Source: Candidatus Latescibacterota bacterium (GTDB taxonomy: Bacteria > Latescibacterota > UBA2968 > UBA8231). From it: a DNA stretch of 64,000 nt. The DNA is taken from assembly GCA_965248355.1 (NCBI GenBank), contig OZ252098.1:2976001-3040000 (forward strand), read 5' to 3'. Below are positions 19,979 through 29,318 of the stretch, piece after piece; positions within the stretch are counted from its first letter, which is position 1, and each line of letters starts with the position of its first letter. The notes under the pieces were generated by a model. That model was not told the DNA's origin. It did not search any database and was given only the letters and a program-made list of their open reading frames with translations. The translations under genes were made by a program, and so were the position numbers.

Positions 19979-21865
19979 GTGGCCTACATCCGGCAGATCT
20001 ACGACAGGAACTTCATCGAGTACTCCTCCTACGCCATCAAGGAGCGGGCCATCCCGCACCTGGAGGACGGGCTCAAGCCGGTGCAGCGCCGGATCCTGCA
20101 CACCCTCCACGAGATCGACGACGGGCGTTTCCACAAGGTGGCCAATGTGGTGGGCCAGTGCATGCGCTATCACCCCCACGGGGAGGCGTCGATCTTCTCG
20201 GCCCTGATCGTGCTGGCCAACAAGGACCTGGCCATCGACCGGCAGGGCAACTTCGGGAACATCTACACGGGCGACATGGCCTCGGCGGCCCGCTACATCG
20301 AGTGCCGGCTCACCGACATGGCACGGCAGGTGATCTTCGATCCGAAGGTCACGGAGTACGTCGACTCCTACGACGGCCGCAACCGGGAGCCGGTGGTGCT
20401 GCCGGTTCGCATTCCCCTGCTGCTGGCTCAAGGGGCCGAGGGCATCGCCCCCACCATGGCGACCAGGATCCTTCCCCACAACCTGATCGAGCTCCTCGAG
20501 GCCCAGGTGGCCTTCATGAGGGACGAGCCCTTCCAGGTGCTTCCCGACTTTCCCACGGGCGGCCTGGTGGACGCCTCCGGGTACGAGGACGGCAACGGCC
20601 GGGTCCTGGTGCGGGCCCGGCTCGACGTCTCGGACGAGAAGCGCATCGTCGTCCGCGACATCCCCTACGGCTGCACCACCGAGACCCTGATCGCCTCCAT
20701 CGAGGACGCGGCCCGCAAGAACAAGGTGAAGGTCGCCGCCATCCACGACTTCACCGCCGAGAAGGTGGAGATCGAGATCAAGCTGCCGCGCGGGGTCTAC
20801 GCCGCCGACGTGGTGGACGCCTTGTACGCCTTCACCGACTGCGAGACGTCGATCTCCGTGAACCTTCTCGTCATCGACGGCGAGCTGCCGCGGATCATGT
20901 CGGTCACCGAGGTCCTGCGCCACAACGTCGACCGCCTCGTGGACATCCTCCGGGCGCAGCTGCGGGTCGAGGAGCAGGAGGTGGCCGACCGCCTCCACGC
21001 CCGGACCCTGGAACGGATCTTCATCGAGCACCGCATCTACCAGGCGATCGAGCAGGAGCGCACCCAGGAGGGGGTGGAGCGGGCGGTTCTCGAGGGGCTG
21101 GCTCCGCACCGGGAGAGCATCGGCCGGGAGGTCACCGGCGAGGACGTGGAGGCCCTGCTGCGCATCCCCATCCGGCGGATCTCCCTCTACGACATGGAGC
21201 GGTCCGCGCGGGAGATGCGCGAGCTGACGGCGCGGCTCAAGCAGATCCGCCTCCACCTGCAGGAGATCGTGGCCTACGCCATCGGCTACCTGGAGGACCT
21301 CATCGAGACCTGCCGGGAGGCCTTCCCCCGGCGCACGGAGATCACCTCCTTCGAGCGCGTGGAGGCGCGCGAGGCCGCCAAGCGCGACCTGCGTCTGTGC
21401 TACGACCGGGCCGCGGGCTACCTGGGGCACCAGGTGGCGGGGGGGCACGTGGCCGACGTCTCCCCCTACGACCGCGTCCTCGTGATCCGCGCCGACGGCA
21501 CCTACTCGGTGATCGACGTGCCGGACAAGCTCTTCGTCGGCAAGGGCATGGCCTACGCCGGCCTCCCAGACAAGGAGCAGGTCTTCACCGCCCTCTTCCG
21601 CGACGCCGGGGGCGGCACCTGCATCAAGCGCTGCCGCATCGACTCCTACATCCTCAACCGCACCTACAGCCTGGTGCCGGAGGGGGCGAAGCTGCTCAAG
21701 CTCACCACCGACGAGGAAGCCACCATGGAGCTGGTCTACAAGCCGAAGCCGCGGCTGCGGGTGCTCGAGGAGAGCTTCGCCGTCGCCGACTACCCGGTGC
21801 GGGGCCAGCGGGCCGGCGGCATCCGCCTGAGCCGCAAGGAGCTCAAGTCGGTGCGGGTGGGATGA
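19979..21865 (+). CDS. parC: DNA topoisomerase IV subunit A
   Basis: RAIPHLEDGLKPVQRRIL, YHPHG, AARYIE (catalytic Tyr) and PDFPTGG motifs; short CTD without a GyrA box. Confidence 0.92.
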   Translation: MAYIRQIYDRNFIEYSSYAIKERAIPHLEDGLKPVQRRILHTLHEIDDGRFHKVANVVGQCMRYHPHGEASIFSALIVLANKDLAIDRQGNFGNIYTGDMASAARYIECRLTDMARQVIFDPKVTEYVDSYDGRNREPVVLPVRIPLLLAQGAEGIAPTMATRILPHNLIELLEAQVAFMRDEPFQVLPDFPTGGLVDASGYEDGNGRVLVRARLDVSDEKRIVVRDIPYGCTTETLIASIEDAARKNKVKVAAIHDFTAEKVEIEIKLPRGVYAADVVDALYAFTDCETSISVNLLVIDGELPRIMSVTEVLRHNVDRLVDILRAQLRVEEQEVADRLHARTLERIFIEHRIYQAIEQERTQEGVERAVLEGLAPHRESIGREVTGEDVEALLRIPIRRISLYDMERSAREMRELTARLKQIRLHLQEIVAYAIGYLEDLIETCREAFPRRTEITSFERVEAREAAKRDLRLCYDRAAGYLGHQVAGGHVADVSPYDRVLVIRADGTYSVIDVPDKLFVGKGMAYAGLPDKEQVFTALFRDAGGGTCIKRCRIDSYILNRTYSLVPEGAKLLKLTTDEEATMELVYKPKPRLRVLEESFAVADYPVRGQRAGGIRLSRKELKSVRVG

Positions 21866-23724
21866 TGAACTGGGATCTGACCAGCTACTTCCCCCGCTTC
21901 GACGGGCTGGAGATGCGCGACTTCCAGCGCGCCCTGGCCGAGGATCTGGCGGCCCTGGTGACACGCGCCGGGGCCCTGCCGACGCTGAGCGCAGGCAACG
22001 CCTCCGCCTGGGAGTCCGTGCTCCTCGACGGGGAGGCCCTTTCGCGCCGCCTCCATCACCTGGGCTCCTACCTCGGCTGCCTGACCGCCGCCGCCGCCGG
22101 GAACGAGGCCTACAAGAAGGCGGAGGCCGCCTTCGCCCGGATCGAGGCGGAGGCCGAGAAGCTCGAGGTCGAGCTGCAGCGCGGGCTCAAGGAGACGGGC
22201 GCCGCCGCCCTCGAAGGGCTGGCCCGCCGCCCCGCCCTCGACGGCTGCGCCTACTACCTGCGGCGGCTGCGCGAGGAGGCCCGGCGGACCATGAGTCCGG
22301 CCGAGGAGCGTCTGTCCGCCGATCTCGGCGTCGACGGCATCCACGCCTGGGGCCGCCTCTACGACACTCTGTCCGGAAAGCTCCAATTCGACATGGAGTG
22401 GCCCGACGGCCGCACCGAGCGCCTGCCCATGGCCCAGAGACGCTCCCTCATGTCCCATCCCGACCGCGCCGTGCGCCGCGCCGCCTTCGACGGCGGCAAC
22501 GCCGCCTGGGAGGCCGTGCAGGACGTGACCGGGGCGGCCATCAACGCCATCGCCGGCGCGCGCCTGACCCTGAACCGCCACCGCGGCGTCGACCACTTCC
22601 TGGACACCGCCCTGTTCCAGGCCAGGATCACGAGGCGCTCCCTGGAGGCCCTGTTCGAGGCGATCTACGACCGCGCCGAGCTGGCGCGCCGCGTCTTCCG
22701 CTTCAAGGCCCGGGCCATGGGCGCGCCCGGCGTCGCCTGGTACGACCTGGAGGCGCCGCTGCCGGCCGCCGGCGAGGAGAGGTCCCTCTCCTGGGAGGAG
22801 GCCCACTCGTGGGTGCGGCAGGCCTTCGCCGCCGCCTACCCGGCCCTCGGGGAGTTCATGGGGCAGATGGTCGAGCGCCGCTGGATCGAGTGGGAGCCCC
22901 GGCCCGGCAAGCGGCCGGGGGCGTTCTGCACCGGCTCGCTGCTGACCATGGAGCCGCGGGTCTACATGAGCTTCAACGGCCGCCTCGGGGACGTGCGCAC
23001 GCTGGCCCACGAGGCCGGTCACGCCTTCCACCACCACGTCCTGCGGCGGAGCCGTCCGGTCCTGCACGACTACCCGATGACCCTGGCCGAGTCGGCCTCC
23101 ACCTTCGGCGAGATGATCCTCACCGAGGGCGTCCTCGGCGATCCCGCGGTCAGCGACGAGGACAAGCTCCGCGTCCTCGACATGGAGGCCGCCCACGGCG
23201 CCGTCTACCTCATGGACATCCCGGTGCGCTTCGAGTTCGAGAAGGCCTTTCACGAGGAGCGCCTGGAGGAGGAGGTCGAGATCAGCCGCCTGTGCGGGCT
23301 GATGGCGCAGACCCAGCGCCGACTCTTCGGTGACGCCCTGGAGGAGGGCGGCGAGGACCCCCTGTTCTGGGCCTCCAAGCTGCACTTCTACATCACCGGC
23401 CTGACCTTCTACAACTTCCCCTACACCTTCGGCTTCCTGCTCAGCCGCGGGCTCTTCGCCCGCTTCCGCGAGGAGGGCGCCGCTTTCCTGCCCCGCTACG
23501 AGGACTTCCTGCGGCGCGCGGGAGCGGACACGGCCGAGAACGTGGCCCGGGAGTCGATCGGCGCCGACCTGGAGTCTACCGGCTTCTGGCTGGAGGCCAT
23601 CGACACCCTGCGGGAGCCGATCGAGCGGCTGGAGGACCTGTGGTCGCGGCAGGCGCCGCGGCCGGCACCCGCCGCCGGCGGGGCCGAGTCGCTGCCGGGG
23701 GCTCCCGGGCGGGAACCCCGCTGA
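21862..23724 (+). CDS. M3 family oligoendopeptidase (PepF-like)
   Basis: MNWDL start, GKRPGAFC, TLAHEAGHAFH (HExxH), LAESAS and FYNFPYTFG motifs. Confidence 0.92.
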   Translation: MMNWDLTSYFPRFDGLEMRDFQRALAEDLAALVTRAGALPTLSAGNASAWESVLLDGEALSRRLHHLGSYLGCLTAAAAGNEAYKKAEAAFARIEAEAEKLEVELQRGLKETGAAALEGLARRPALDGCAYYLRRLREEARRTMSPAEERLSADLGVDGIHAWGRLYDTLSGKLQFDMEWPDGRTERLPMAQRRSLMSHPDRAVRRAAFDGGNAAWEAVQDVTGAAINAIAGARLTLNRHRGVDHFLDTALFQARITRRSLEALFEAIYDRAELARRVFRFKARAMGAPGVAWYDLEAPLPAAGEERSLSWEEAHSWVRQAFAAAYPALGEFMGQMVERRWIEWEPRPGKRPGAFCTGSLLTMEPRVYMSFNGRLGDVRTLAHEAGHAFHHHVLRRSRPVLHDYPMTLAESASTFGEMILTEGVLGDPAVSDEDKLRVLDMEAAHGAVYLMDIPVRFEFEKAFHEERLEEEVEISRLCGLMAQTQRRLFGDALEEGGEDPLFWASKLHFYITGLTFYNFPYTFGFLLSRGLFARFREEGAAFLPRYEDFLRRAGADTAENVARESIGADLESTGFWLEAIDTLREPIERLEDLWSRQAPRPAPAAGGAESLPGAPGREPR

Positions 23725-23727
23725 ACC

Positions 23728-24573
23728 TCAGTTGCGGGAGAACTCTCCGAGCACCTCTCCGCAGTGGTCGCGCAGCTTCGCCAGGGCGCGGTTGCGCAGT
23801 TGGCGGACGCGCTCGCGGGTGACGCCCAGGGAGTCGCCGATCTCCTCGAGGGTCATGGGCTCGGCGTCGCCGAGGCCGAAGTAGGCGCGCACGATCTCCT
23901 TCTCGCGCTCGTCGAGCAGGCTCAGGCACGACGACAGCCGGTCGCACATCTCGGCCTCCTCGTAGCGGTCGTCGATGGCGGCCTGGGGCGCCGCGTACAG
24001 GGACAGCAGGGGCGCGGCGTCGCCGGGGTAGGCGGGCGCGTCGAAGGACAGGTCCTGCTGGCTCACGCTCATGGCGTTGCGGGTGCGCTCGGCGCTGATG
24101 TCGACGCGCTCGGCGATCTCGGCGCTGGTGGGCGCGCGGCCGAGGCTCTGGGCGAGCTGTCCCGCTTCCCGCTCGATCTTCTGCAGGTCGTTGATCTGGC
24201 TCATGGGGGGCCGCGCGATGCGGCCCTGCTGGGCCAGGGCCTTGAGGATGGCCTGCCGGATCCACCACACCGCGTAGGTGATGAACTTGAACCCCCGGGT
24301 CTCGTCGAAACGCTTCACCGCTTCGAGGAGGCCCACGTTGCCCTCGGAGATCAGCTCCGCGAGGGAGAGGCCGTAGTCCTTGTAGTCGCGGGCGACGCTG
24401 ACCACGAAGCGCAGGTTGGCCTCGATGATCCGCTGTCGGGCCCCCTCGTCGCCCACGCGCAGGCGCGCGAACAGCTGGACCTCGCGCTCGCGGCTGAGGG
24501 GCTTCGTGTCCTTGATCTCGCGCCAGTAGAGCTCGGCTGCGTCCGTGGTGCTCGTGGACCTGCTGGCGGTCAT
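23728..24573 (-). CDS. RNA polymerase sigma-70 factor, RpoD/SigA-like paralog lacking region 1.1
   Basis: ANLRFVVSVA, LISEGNVGL, FDETRGFKFITYAVWWIRQAI and TLEEIG...VTRERVRQ motifs. Confidence 0.93.
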   Translation of the reverse strand: MTASRSTSTTDAAELYWREIKDTKPLSREREVQLFARLRVGDEGARQRIIEANLRFVVSVARDYKDYGLSLAELISEGNVGLLEAVKRFDETRGFKFITYAVWWIRQAILKALAQQGRIARPPMSQINDLQKIEREAGQLAQSLGRAPTSAEIAERVDISAERTRNAMSVSQQDLSFDAPAYPGDAAPLLSLYAAPQAAIDDRYEEAEMCDRLSSCLSLLDEREKEIVRAYFGLGDAEPMTLEEIGDSLGVTRERVRQLRNRALAKLRDHCGEVLGEFSRN

Positions 24574-24587
24574 TGCGCGCTCCGGCG

Positions 24588-24618
24588 GATTCAACCTTAA
24601 CGTGAACGTAAAGGTCAA
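24588..24618 (-). promoter_or_regulatory. MerR-type promoter with a 22-bp dyad upstream of the sigma factor
   Basis: Minus strand TTGACC followed by the dyad ACCTTTACGT-TC-ACGTTAAGGT (9/10 symmetric) filling a ~19-bp spacer; the -10 element (TGAATC) is weak. Confidence 0.6.
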
Positions 24619-24689
24619 GGATAGGGGGGCTGCCGAACAGTGGCAAGCCTTCTGCCACCCCAGTTGGACGCCCAAGCGGGCGGATCGGT

Positions 24690-25136
24690 TCACTCCGAGT
24701 CCGGGCGTCTCCGGAGGCCCTTTTTCCGGGAGTGGCGCGTCTTGGCCTCGCGGCGGCGGGCGATCGCCGCCCGGCCCGGCCTCGTCTGCCGCCGCCGGGG
24801 GGCGGGAGGACGCAGGGCTTCCGCCATGAGGGCGCGGAACCGCTCGATGCAGTCCAGGCGGTTGCGGCTCTGGGAGCGGTGCCGGGAGGAGGCGACCACG
24901 AGCTGGCCGGCGCGGTTGAGACGGGGGCCGAGGCGGGCCAGTGCGCGCCGGCGCAGGTCGACGGGCAGGCAGGGGCAGGCCGGCACGTCGAAGCGCAACT
25001 CGACGCGGGTGTTGACCTTGTTCACGTGCTGGCCGCCGGGGCCGGGACTGCGGGCGAAGGAGAAGCGCAGCTCGGAGAGAGGGATGCGGACGCCCTCCGG
25101 CAGCTCGATCGCGTTGCGGGTCTGGAGAGGCTCCAT
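24690..25136 (-). CDS. arfB: Alternative ribosome-rescue peptidyl-tRNA hydrolase ArfB
   Basis: ARSPGPGGQHVNKV (GGQ), RSQSRNR and a basic C-terminal tail. Confidence 0.93.
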   Translation of the reverse strand: MEPLQTRNAIELPEGVRIPLSELRFSFARSPGPGGQHVNKVNTRVELRFDVPACPCLPVDLRRRALARLGPRLNRAGQLVVASSRHRSQSRNRLDCIERFRALMAEALRPPAPRRRQTRPGRAAIARRREAKTRHSRKKGLRRRPDSE

Positions 25137-25189
25137 GAGCGGTCCTTATACTACCGGACCCCGAACGTCGACGACAGAGAGGGACCTCC

Positions 25190-26365
25190 ATGCCCGCGAA
25201 GTACACAGCCGCCATCGTCGGATGCGGCGGCATCGGACAGGCCCACATGGCCGGCTACGACCTCGTGGACGAGGTCGAGGTGGTGGCCGTGGCCGATCCC
25301 GTCCCCGAGGCCCGGACCCGTTACATCGAGGAGGCCTACCCCCACCTGAACCTGCGGGGCTTCGAGAGCGTGGAGCGGATGCTGGCCGAGGCCCGGCCCG
25401 ACATCGTCAGCGTGTGCACCTGGCACCTGCTGCATCCGGCGCCGACGATCGCCGCGGCCGAGGCCGGCGCCAGGGCGGTGATCTGCGAGAAGCCCATGGC
25501 CATCGGCCTGGGCGCCGCCGACCGCATGGTGGAGGCCTGCGAGGCCAGCGGCACCCGGCTCGTGGTCAGCCACCAGCGGCGCTTCACCAAGGGCTGGGAG
25601 AAGGCCCGCGAGCTGATGCGCCAGGGCGCCGTGGGCGAGGCCGTGATGGTCACCAACAAGGTCGCCGACGGGCTGACGAACTGGGGGACCCATTCCATCG
25701 ACGGCTCGCGCTTCGTCCTCGGCGATCCGAACCCACGGTGGGTGATGGGCGCCGTCGAGCGCCTCACCGACCGCTACGAGCGCGGCACGGCGATCGAGGA
25801 CTCCTGCCTGGGGCTGGTCCATTTCGACGGGGACGTGCAGCTGCTGATCCAGTCCGACCTGATGCGGGAGGGAGCCACGGCGGGCTCCTTCCAGATCCGC
25901 GGCACCGAGGGACTGATGGAGGTCAGCGAGGGCCAGGTGCGGGTGATGAACGCCGGCGCCGCCGGCTGGCAGGAGATCGACCTGGAGCTGCGGGAAGGAG
26001 ACCTGGCCATCGGCGGCAACACCAACGCCGCCCAGGTGCGGGAGCTCGTCCAGTGGCTCGAGGGCGAGGTGGACGAGCACCGCGGCTCCGGCGCGCAGGC
26101 GCGGGTCACGGTGGAGATCATGATGGGGCTGTACGAGTCGGCCCGCCGCCGCCGGGTCATCCACTTCCCGCTGCAGGAGAAGGGATACCCCCTGGACCTG
26201 ATGATCGAGGCGGGGGAGCTGCCGGTGGAGGTCGACGGCCGCTACGACATCCGCGGCTACAAGAGTTGGGACGGCGTCGACCGCGGGCGCTACCAGGCCC
26301 TGCGCGGCGAAGGGCTGGCCCACCACGAGGCCATGCGCCGGCTCCACGACGAGATGGAGGGATAG
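25190..26365 (+). CDS. Gfo/Idh/MocA family oxidoreductase
   Basis: AIVGCGGIG, ICEKPMA, SHQRRF and WGTHSID motifs. Confidence 0.9.
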   Translation: MPAKYTAAIVGCGGIGQAHMAGYDLVDEVEVVAVADPVPEARTRYIEEAYPHLNLRGFESVERMLAEARPDIVSVCTWHLLHPAPTIAAAEAGARAVICEKPMAIGLGAADRMVEACEASGTRLVVSHQRRFTKGWEKARELMRQGAVGEAVMVTNKVADGLTNWGTHSIDGSRFVLGDPNPRWVMGAVERLTDRYERGTAIEDSCLGLVHFDGDVQLLIQSDLMREGATAGSFQIRGTEGLMEVSEGQVRVMNAGAAGWQEIDLELREGDLAIGGNTNAAQVRELVQWLEGEVDEHRGSGAQARVTVEIMMGLYESARRRRVIHFPLQEKGYPLDLMIEAGELPVEVDGRYDIRGYKSWDGVDRGRYQALRGEGLAHHEAMRRLHDEMEG

Positions 26366-26367
26366 GG

Positions 26368-27180
26368 ATGTACTCGGTTTCCTACGACGGCTCCAACCGG
26401 AAGATCCTGTGGCAGGAGATGCTGCGGCACGAGTTCGAGGAGGCCGTCACCCAGGCCCCGGTGGTGATCGTGCCCGTGGGCTCGGTGGAGCAGCACGGCC
26501 CCCACTGCCCGATGGACGTGGACATCTCCGCCCCCTTCCACATGGCCGCCGAGGTGGCGCGGCGGGTCGAGGACTTCCCCGTCATCGTGGCGCCGCCGAT
26601 CTGGTCGGGGTTCACCCACTACAACATGGGCTTCGCCGGGACCATCTCCCTGCGCCTGGAGACCTTCCAGGCCCTGGTGGCCGACGTCTGCCGCAGCATC
26701 CACGCCAACGGCTTCGAGCGCATCGTCACCCTCAACGGGCACGGCGGCAACGCGGCGCCCTGCCGCGCCGTCAGCTGGCAGCTGGCCGAGGAGGACGTCT
26801 TCACCCTCAGCTTCAGCTGGTGGGACGCGGTGGCCGCCGAGCTGCGGGAGTGGAGCGCCACCTGCGAAGGGGTCGGTCACGGGGGCGAGTGGGAGACGGC
26901 GGTCCAGCTGCACCTGCGGGCCCAGATGGTCGACATGGAACGGGCCTCCGCCGACGACTCGCTGACGGCTCCCTTGGAAGGGCTGCCCTTCGCCGAGTTC
27001 GCCGAGCGCCGCCGCGACACGGCCGCGGGCACCGGCATCATGGGCGACGCCCTGGCGGCCTCTGCGGAAAAGGGCGGGCGGATCTTCGAGCTGACCTGCC
27101 GGCGGCTGGAGGAGTTGGCCCGCCGCTACCACGAGCTGCCGGTCCGCCACTACCGCGAGTTCGGCAGCTTCAGCCGCTAG
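26368..27180 (+). CDS. Creatininase/amidohydrolase family protein
   Basis: PVGSVEQHGPH, NGHGGN and HGGEWET motifs. Confidence 0.92.
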   Translation: MYSVSYDGSNRKILWQEMLRHEFEEAVTQAPVVIVPVGSVEQHGPHCPMDVDISAPFHMAAEVARRVEDFPVIVAPPIWSGFTHYNMGFAGTISLRLETFQALVADVCRSIHANGFERIVTLNGHGGNAAPCRAVSWQLAEEDVFTLSFSWWDAVAAELREWSATCEGVGHGGEWETAVQLHLRAQMVDMERASADDSLTAPLEGLPFAEFAERRRDTAAGTGIMGDALAASAEKGGRIFELTCRRLEELARRYHELPVRHYREFGSFSR

Positions 27181-28537
27181 GCGCGCCCGGCGCCGGCCGC
27201 AGAACCGCCCCGGGCCCCCCATCCGGCGGATCCCGCCGCTGGAACAGGATCCCGAGCAGGACCCAGAAGGCCCCCGCCGTGGCGGGCATGTGCAGCGGAT
27301 AGCTGACCAGCCCGTGGACCATGACCGCCGCGCAGGCGCCGAGGGCGGCCCGGATCACGGGGTCGCCGGCGCGCCAGGCGGGGCCGAGGGCCCCCAGAAC
27401 TCCCCCGGCGATCAGGCCGATCAGCGGCAGGAGGCCCGCGAGGCCGGACTCGGCGGCCGCCTGCAGCAGCTCGTTGTGGGCGTGGCGGGGAATGCCCCCC
27501 CTGACGGTGGCCAGCAGCCGGGCCTCCTGCCCGTCGGCCAAGAGCGCCCCCGCCGCCGGAAACCGTCCGGGGCCCGCCCCGAACCAGGGATCGGTCACGA
27601 ACAGGCGCCAGGCGAGGCTCCGGAGCACCCGCCGGTGCACCAGAGTGGCGTCCTGGTCGGCCGCATCCCCGGCCACGTTCAGCATCGCCTTCAGCCGCTG
27701 GCCCACCGAGACCTCCCCCTGGCGGTTGCTCATGACCGGCTGGTGACGGAGCATCAGCGCCACGCCCCCGGCGGCCAGCAGCAGCAGGAGCGCTCCCCAG
27801 GGCCGGGCCCGGCGCCGTCCCAGGCGCGCGGCGCGGGCGTGGCCCGCGAGGACCACGGCGGTCCCCGCCAGGCCGCCGGCCAGCGCCCCCCGGCTTCCGG
27901 CCAGCAGCAGGACGCCGAAGAGGAGGAGGCCCGCCAGACCCAGCCCGACCGCCGGACGCCAACGGACCCCGCCGGTGGCGCCCCAGGCTCCCAGGCAGGC
28001 GGTCAGCACCAGCGGCAGGGCGGCGGCCAGGAAGCCGGCGAGATGATTGGGGTTGGCGAAGGGTCCCACGACCCGGTCGGGGAAGTGGTCGACCCGGGGA
28101 ACCGGGTCCCAGCCGGCGTGCTGGGCGGCGGCGTGCAGGGCGGCCACGACCGCGCCGGCGGCGATGCCGGCCATGGCGATCCGGGCGTCCGCGCCGCGAT
28201 GGAGCTGCCAGCCCACGAAGAGGGCCCCCGCCCCTAGCAGGGCGGGCAGGAGGGCGGCGGGCTCGAAGGATCGGCTGAGGATGGCGCTGATCACCAGGCC
28301 CGCGACCCAGGCCGCCGCCGGCCAGAGCAGGCGCCGGGGGGGCCGCCGGGGGGAGCGCCGGAGAAGGCCCGCGGCCAGGAGGGCGGCGGCCGCCGTCAGG
28401 CCGAGGGCCAGGGGGCCCCGCGACCCCAGGGCGGGGGGGAGGAGGGCGAGGAGCCCGAGGGAGAGGGAGACCCAGCGGGCGAGGATGGAGGACTCGCTCC
28501 AGCGTTGACGGAGAGAGAGGTCCCCCCTAGCTTCCAA
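27170..28537 (-). CDS. O-antigen ligase (WaaL-like) family membrane protein
   Basis: Multiple TM helices; GPFANPN, LAGSRG, FGAGPG, HAHNELLQAAAESG and HGLVSYPL motifs. Start uncertain. Confidence 0.8.
   Translation of the reverse strand: MEARGDLSLRQRWSESSILARWVSLSLGLLALLPPALGSRGPLALGLTAAAALLAAGLLRRSPRRPPRRLLWPAAAWVAGLVISAILSRSFEPAALLPALLGAGALFVGWQLHRGADARIAMAGIAAGAVVAALHAAAQHAGWDPVPRVDHFPDRVVGPFANPNHLAGFLAAALPLVLTACLGAWGATGGVRWRPAVGLGLAGLLLFGVLLLAGSRGALAGGLAGTAVVLAGHARAARLGRRRARPWGALLLLLAAGGVALMLRHQPVMSNRQGEVSVGQRLKAMLNVAGDAADQDATLVHRRVLRSLAWRLFVTDPWFGAGPGRFPAAGALLADGQEARLLATVRGGIPRHAHNELLQAAAESGLAGLLPLIGLIAGGVLGALGPAWRAGDPVIRAALGACAAVMVHGLVSYPLHMPATAGAFWVLLGILFQRRDPPDGGPGAVLRPAPGAPSG
28505..28533 (+). 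promoter_or_regulatory. Sigma-70 promoter for rpsR
   Basis: TTGACG (28505-10)-N17-TAGCTT (28528-33), about 65 nt upstream of rpsR. Confidence 0.65.
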
Positions 28538-28598
28538 GGCTCACCCGCCGCATTCGTCCTCCCGTCGGCGGCCCCCTCATGCACAGGAGGCTAGCGCC

Positions 28599-28820
28599 AT
28601 CGCCCGGGTCAATCGCAAAGAGTTCACGGCCAAGCTCAAGCCCGAAGAGATCGACTACAAGCGGCTCGACGTGCTGTCGCGCTTCCTCACGCCCTTCGGC
28701 AAGATCGAGCCAGCCCGCCGGACCGGCGCCAGCCGGTCCCAGCAGACGAAAATCGTGCGCGCCATCAAGCGGGCCCGCCATCTCGGGCTGCTGCCCTTCA
28801 CTATCAACGATACGCGTTAG
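28599..28820 (+). CDS. rpsR: 30S ribosomal protein S18 (cysteine-free), ATC start codon; absent from the ORF track
   Basis: Manual translation (M)ARVNRKEFTAKLKPEEIDYKRLDVLSRFLTPFGKIEPARRTGASRSQQTKIVRAIKRARHLGLLPFTINDTR*. AGGAGG at 28585-90 is 8 nt before ATC; there is no in-frame ATG/GTG/TTG back to the TGA at 28506. Confidence 0.92.
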   Translation: MARVNRKEFTAKLKPEEIDYKRLDVLSRFLTPFGKIEPARRTGASRSQQTKIVRAIKRARHLGLLPFTINDTR

Positions 28821-28835
28821 CCCGCCCCTTCCCAC

Positions 28836-29300
28836 GTGCCCGGGTCCGCCATCGGACTGATCGAGACCCGCGGCCTGGTCGGCGTCATCGAAGCCGCCGA
28901 TACCGCGGCCAAGACCGCCGATGTCCGGCTCCTTGGCTTCGAGCGCATCGGCGGCGGCTTCGTCTCTCTCAGCTTCCGGGGCGACACGGCCTCGGTGAGG
29001 ACCGCGGTCGAGGCCGCCCGCGAGGCGGCCTCTCGCGTCGGCGAGGTCGTGAGCGCCCACGTCATCCCGTCGCCGCGGATCGACGTGGAAGCCCTCGCCC
29101 CGGCGGCGCCCGATCCACGGCCGGAGAGGGACGCCCCCGAGCTCCCGGAGGTTCCGGAAGATCTCGAGGCGCTGCCGGTCACCCGGCTGCGCGGGCTGGC
29201 CCGGCAGACGGCCGGGCTCGGCCTCCAGGGCCGGCAGATCTCGCGCGCGAACAAGCAGCAGCTGATCCAGGCGTTGCGCCAGGCTCTGGGCGGCGCCTAG
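28836..29300 (+). CDS. BMC hexamer shell protein with a C-terminal Rho-N/HEH-like extension
   Basis: AIGLIETRGLVGVIEAADTAAKTADV...RGDTASVRTAV...HVIPSP is Pfam BMC-like; a Pro/Glu linker leads to LEALPVTRLRGLAR...ISRANKQQLI. Confidence 0.88.
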   Translation: MPGSAIGLIETRGLVGVIEAADTAAKTADVRLLGFERIGGGFVSLSFRGDTASVRTAVEAAREAASRVGEVVSAHVIPSPRIDVEALAPAAPDPRPERDAPELPEVPEDLEALPVTRLRGLARQTAGLGLQGRQISRANKQQLIQALRQALGGA

Positions 29301-29318
29301 CCGGTCGGGAGAGTGAGC

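Noticed and set aside
28579..28860. Track ORF MHRRLAPSPG... (93 aa)
   Set aside because: Wrong frame; the overlapping frame encodes clear S18. A role of its ATG as a regulatory upstream start cannot be excluded but is unsupported.
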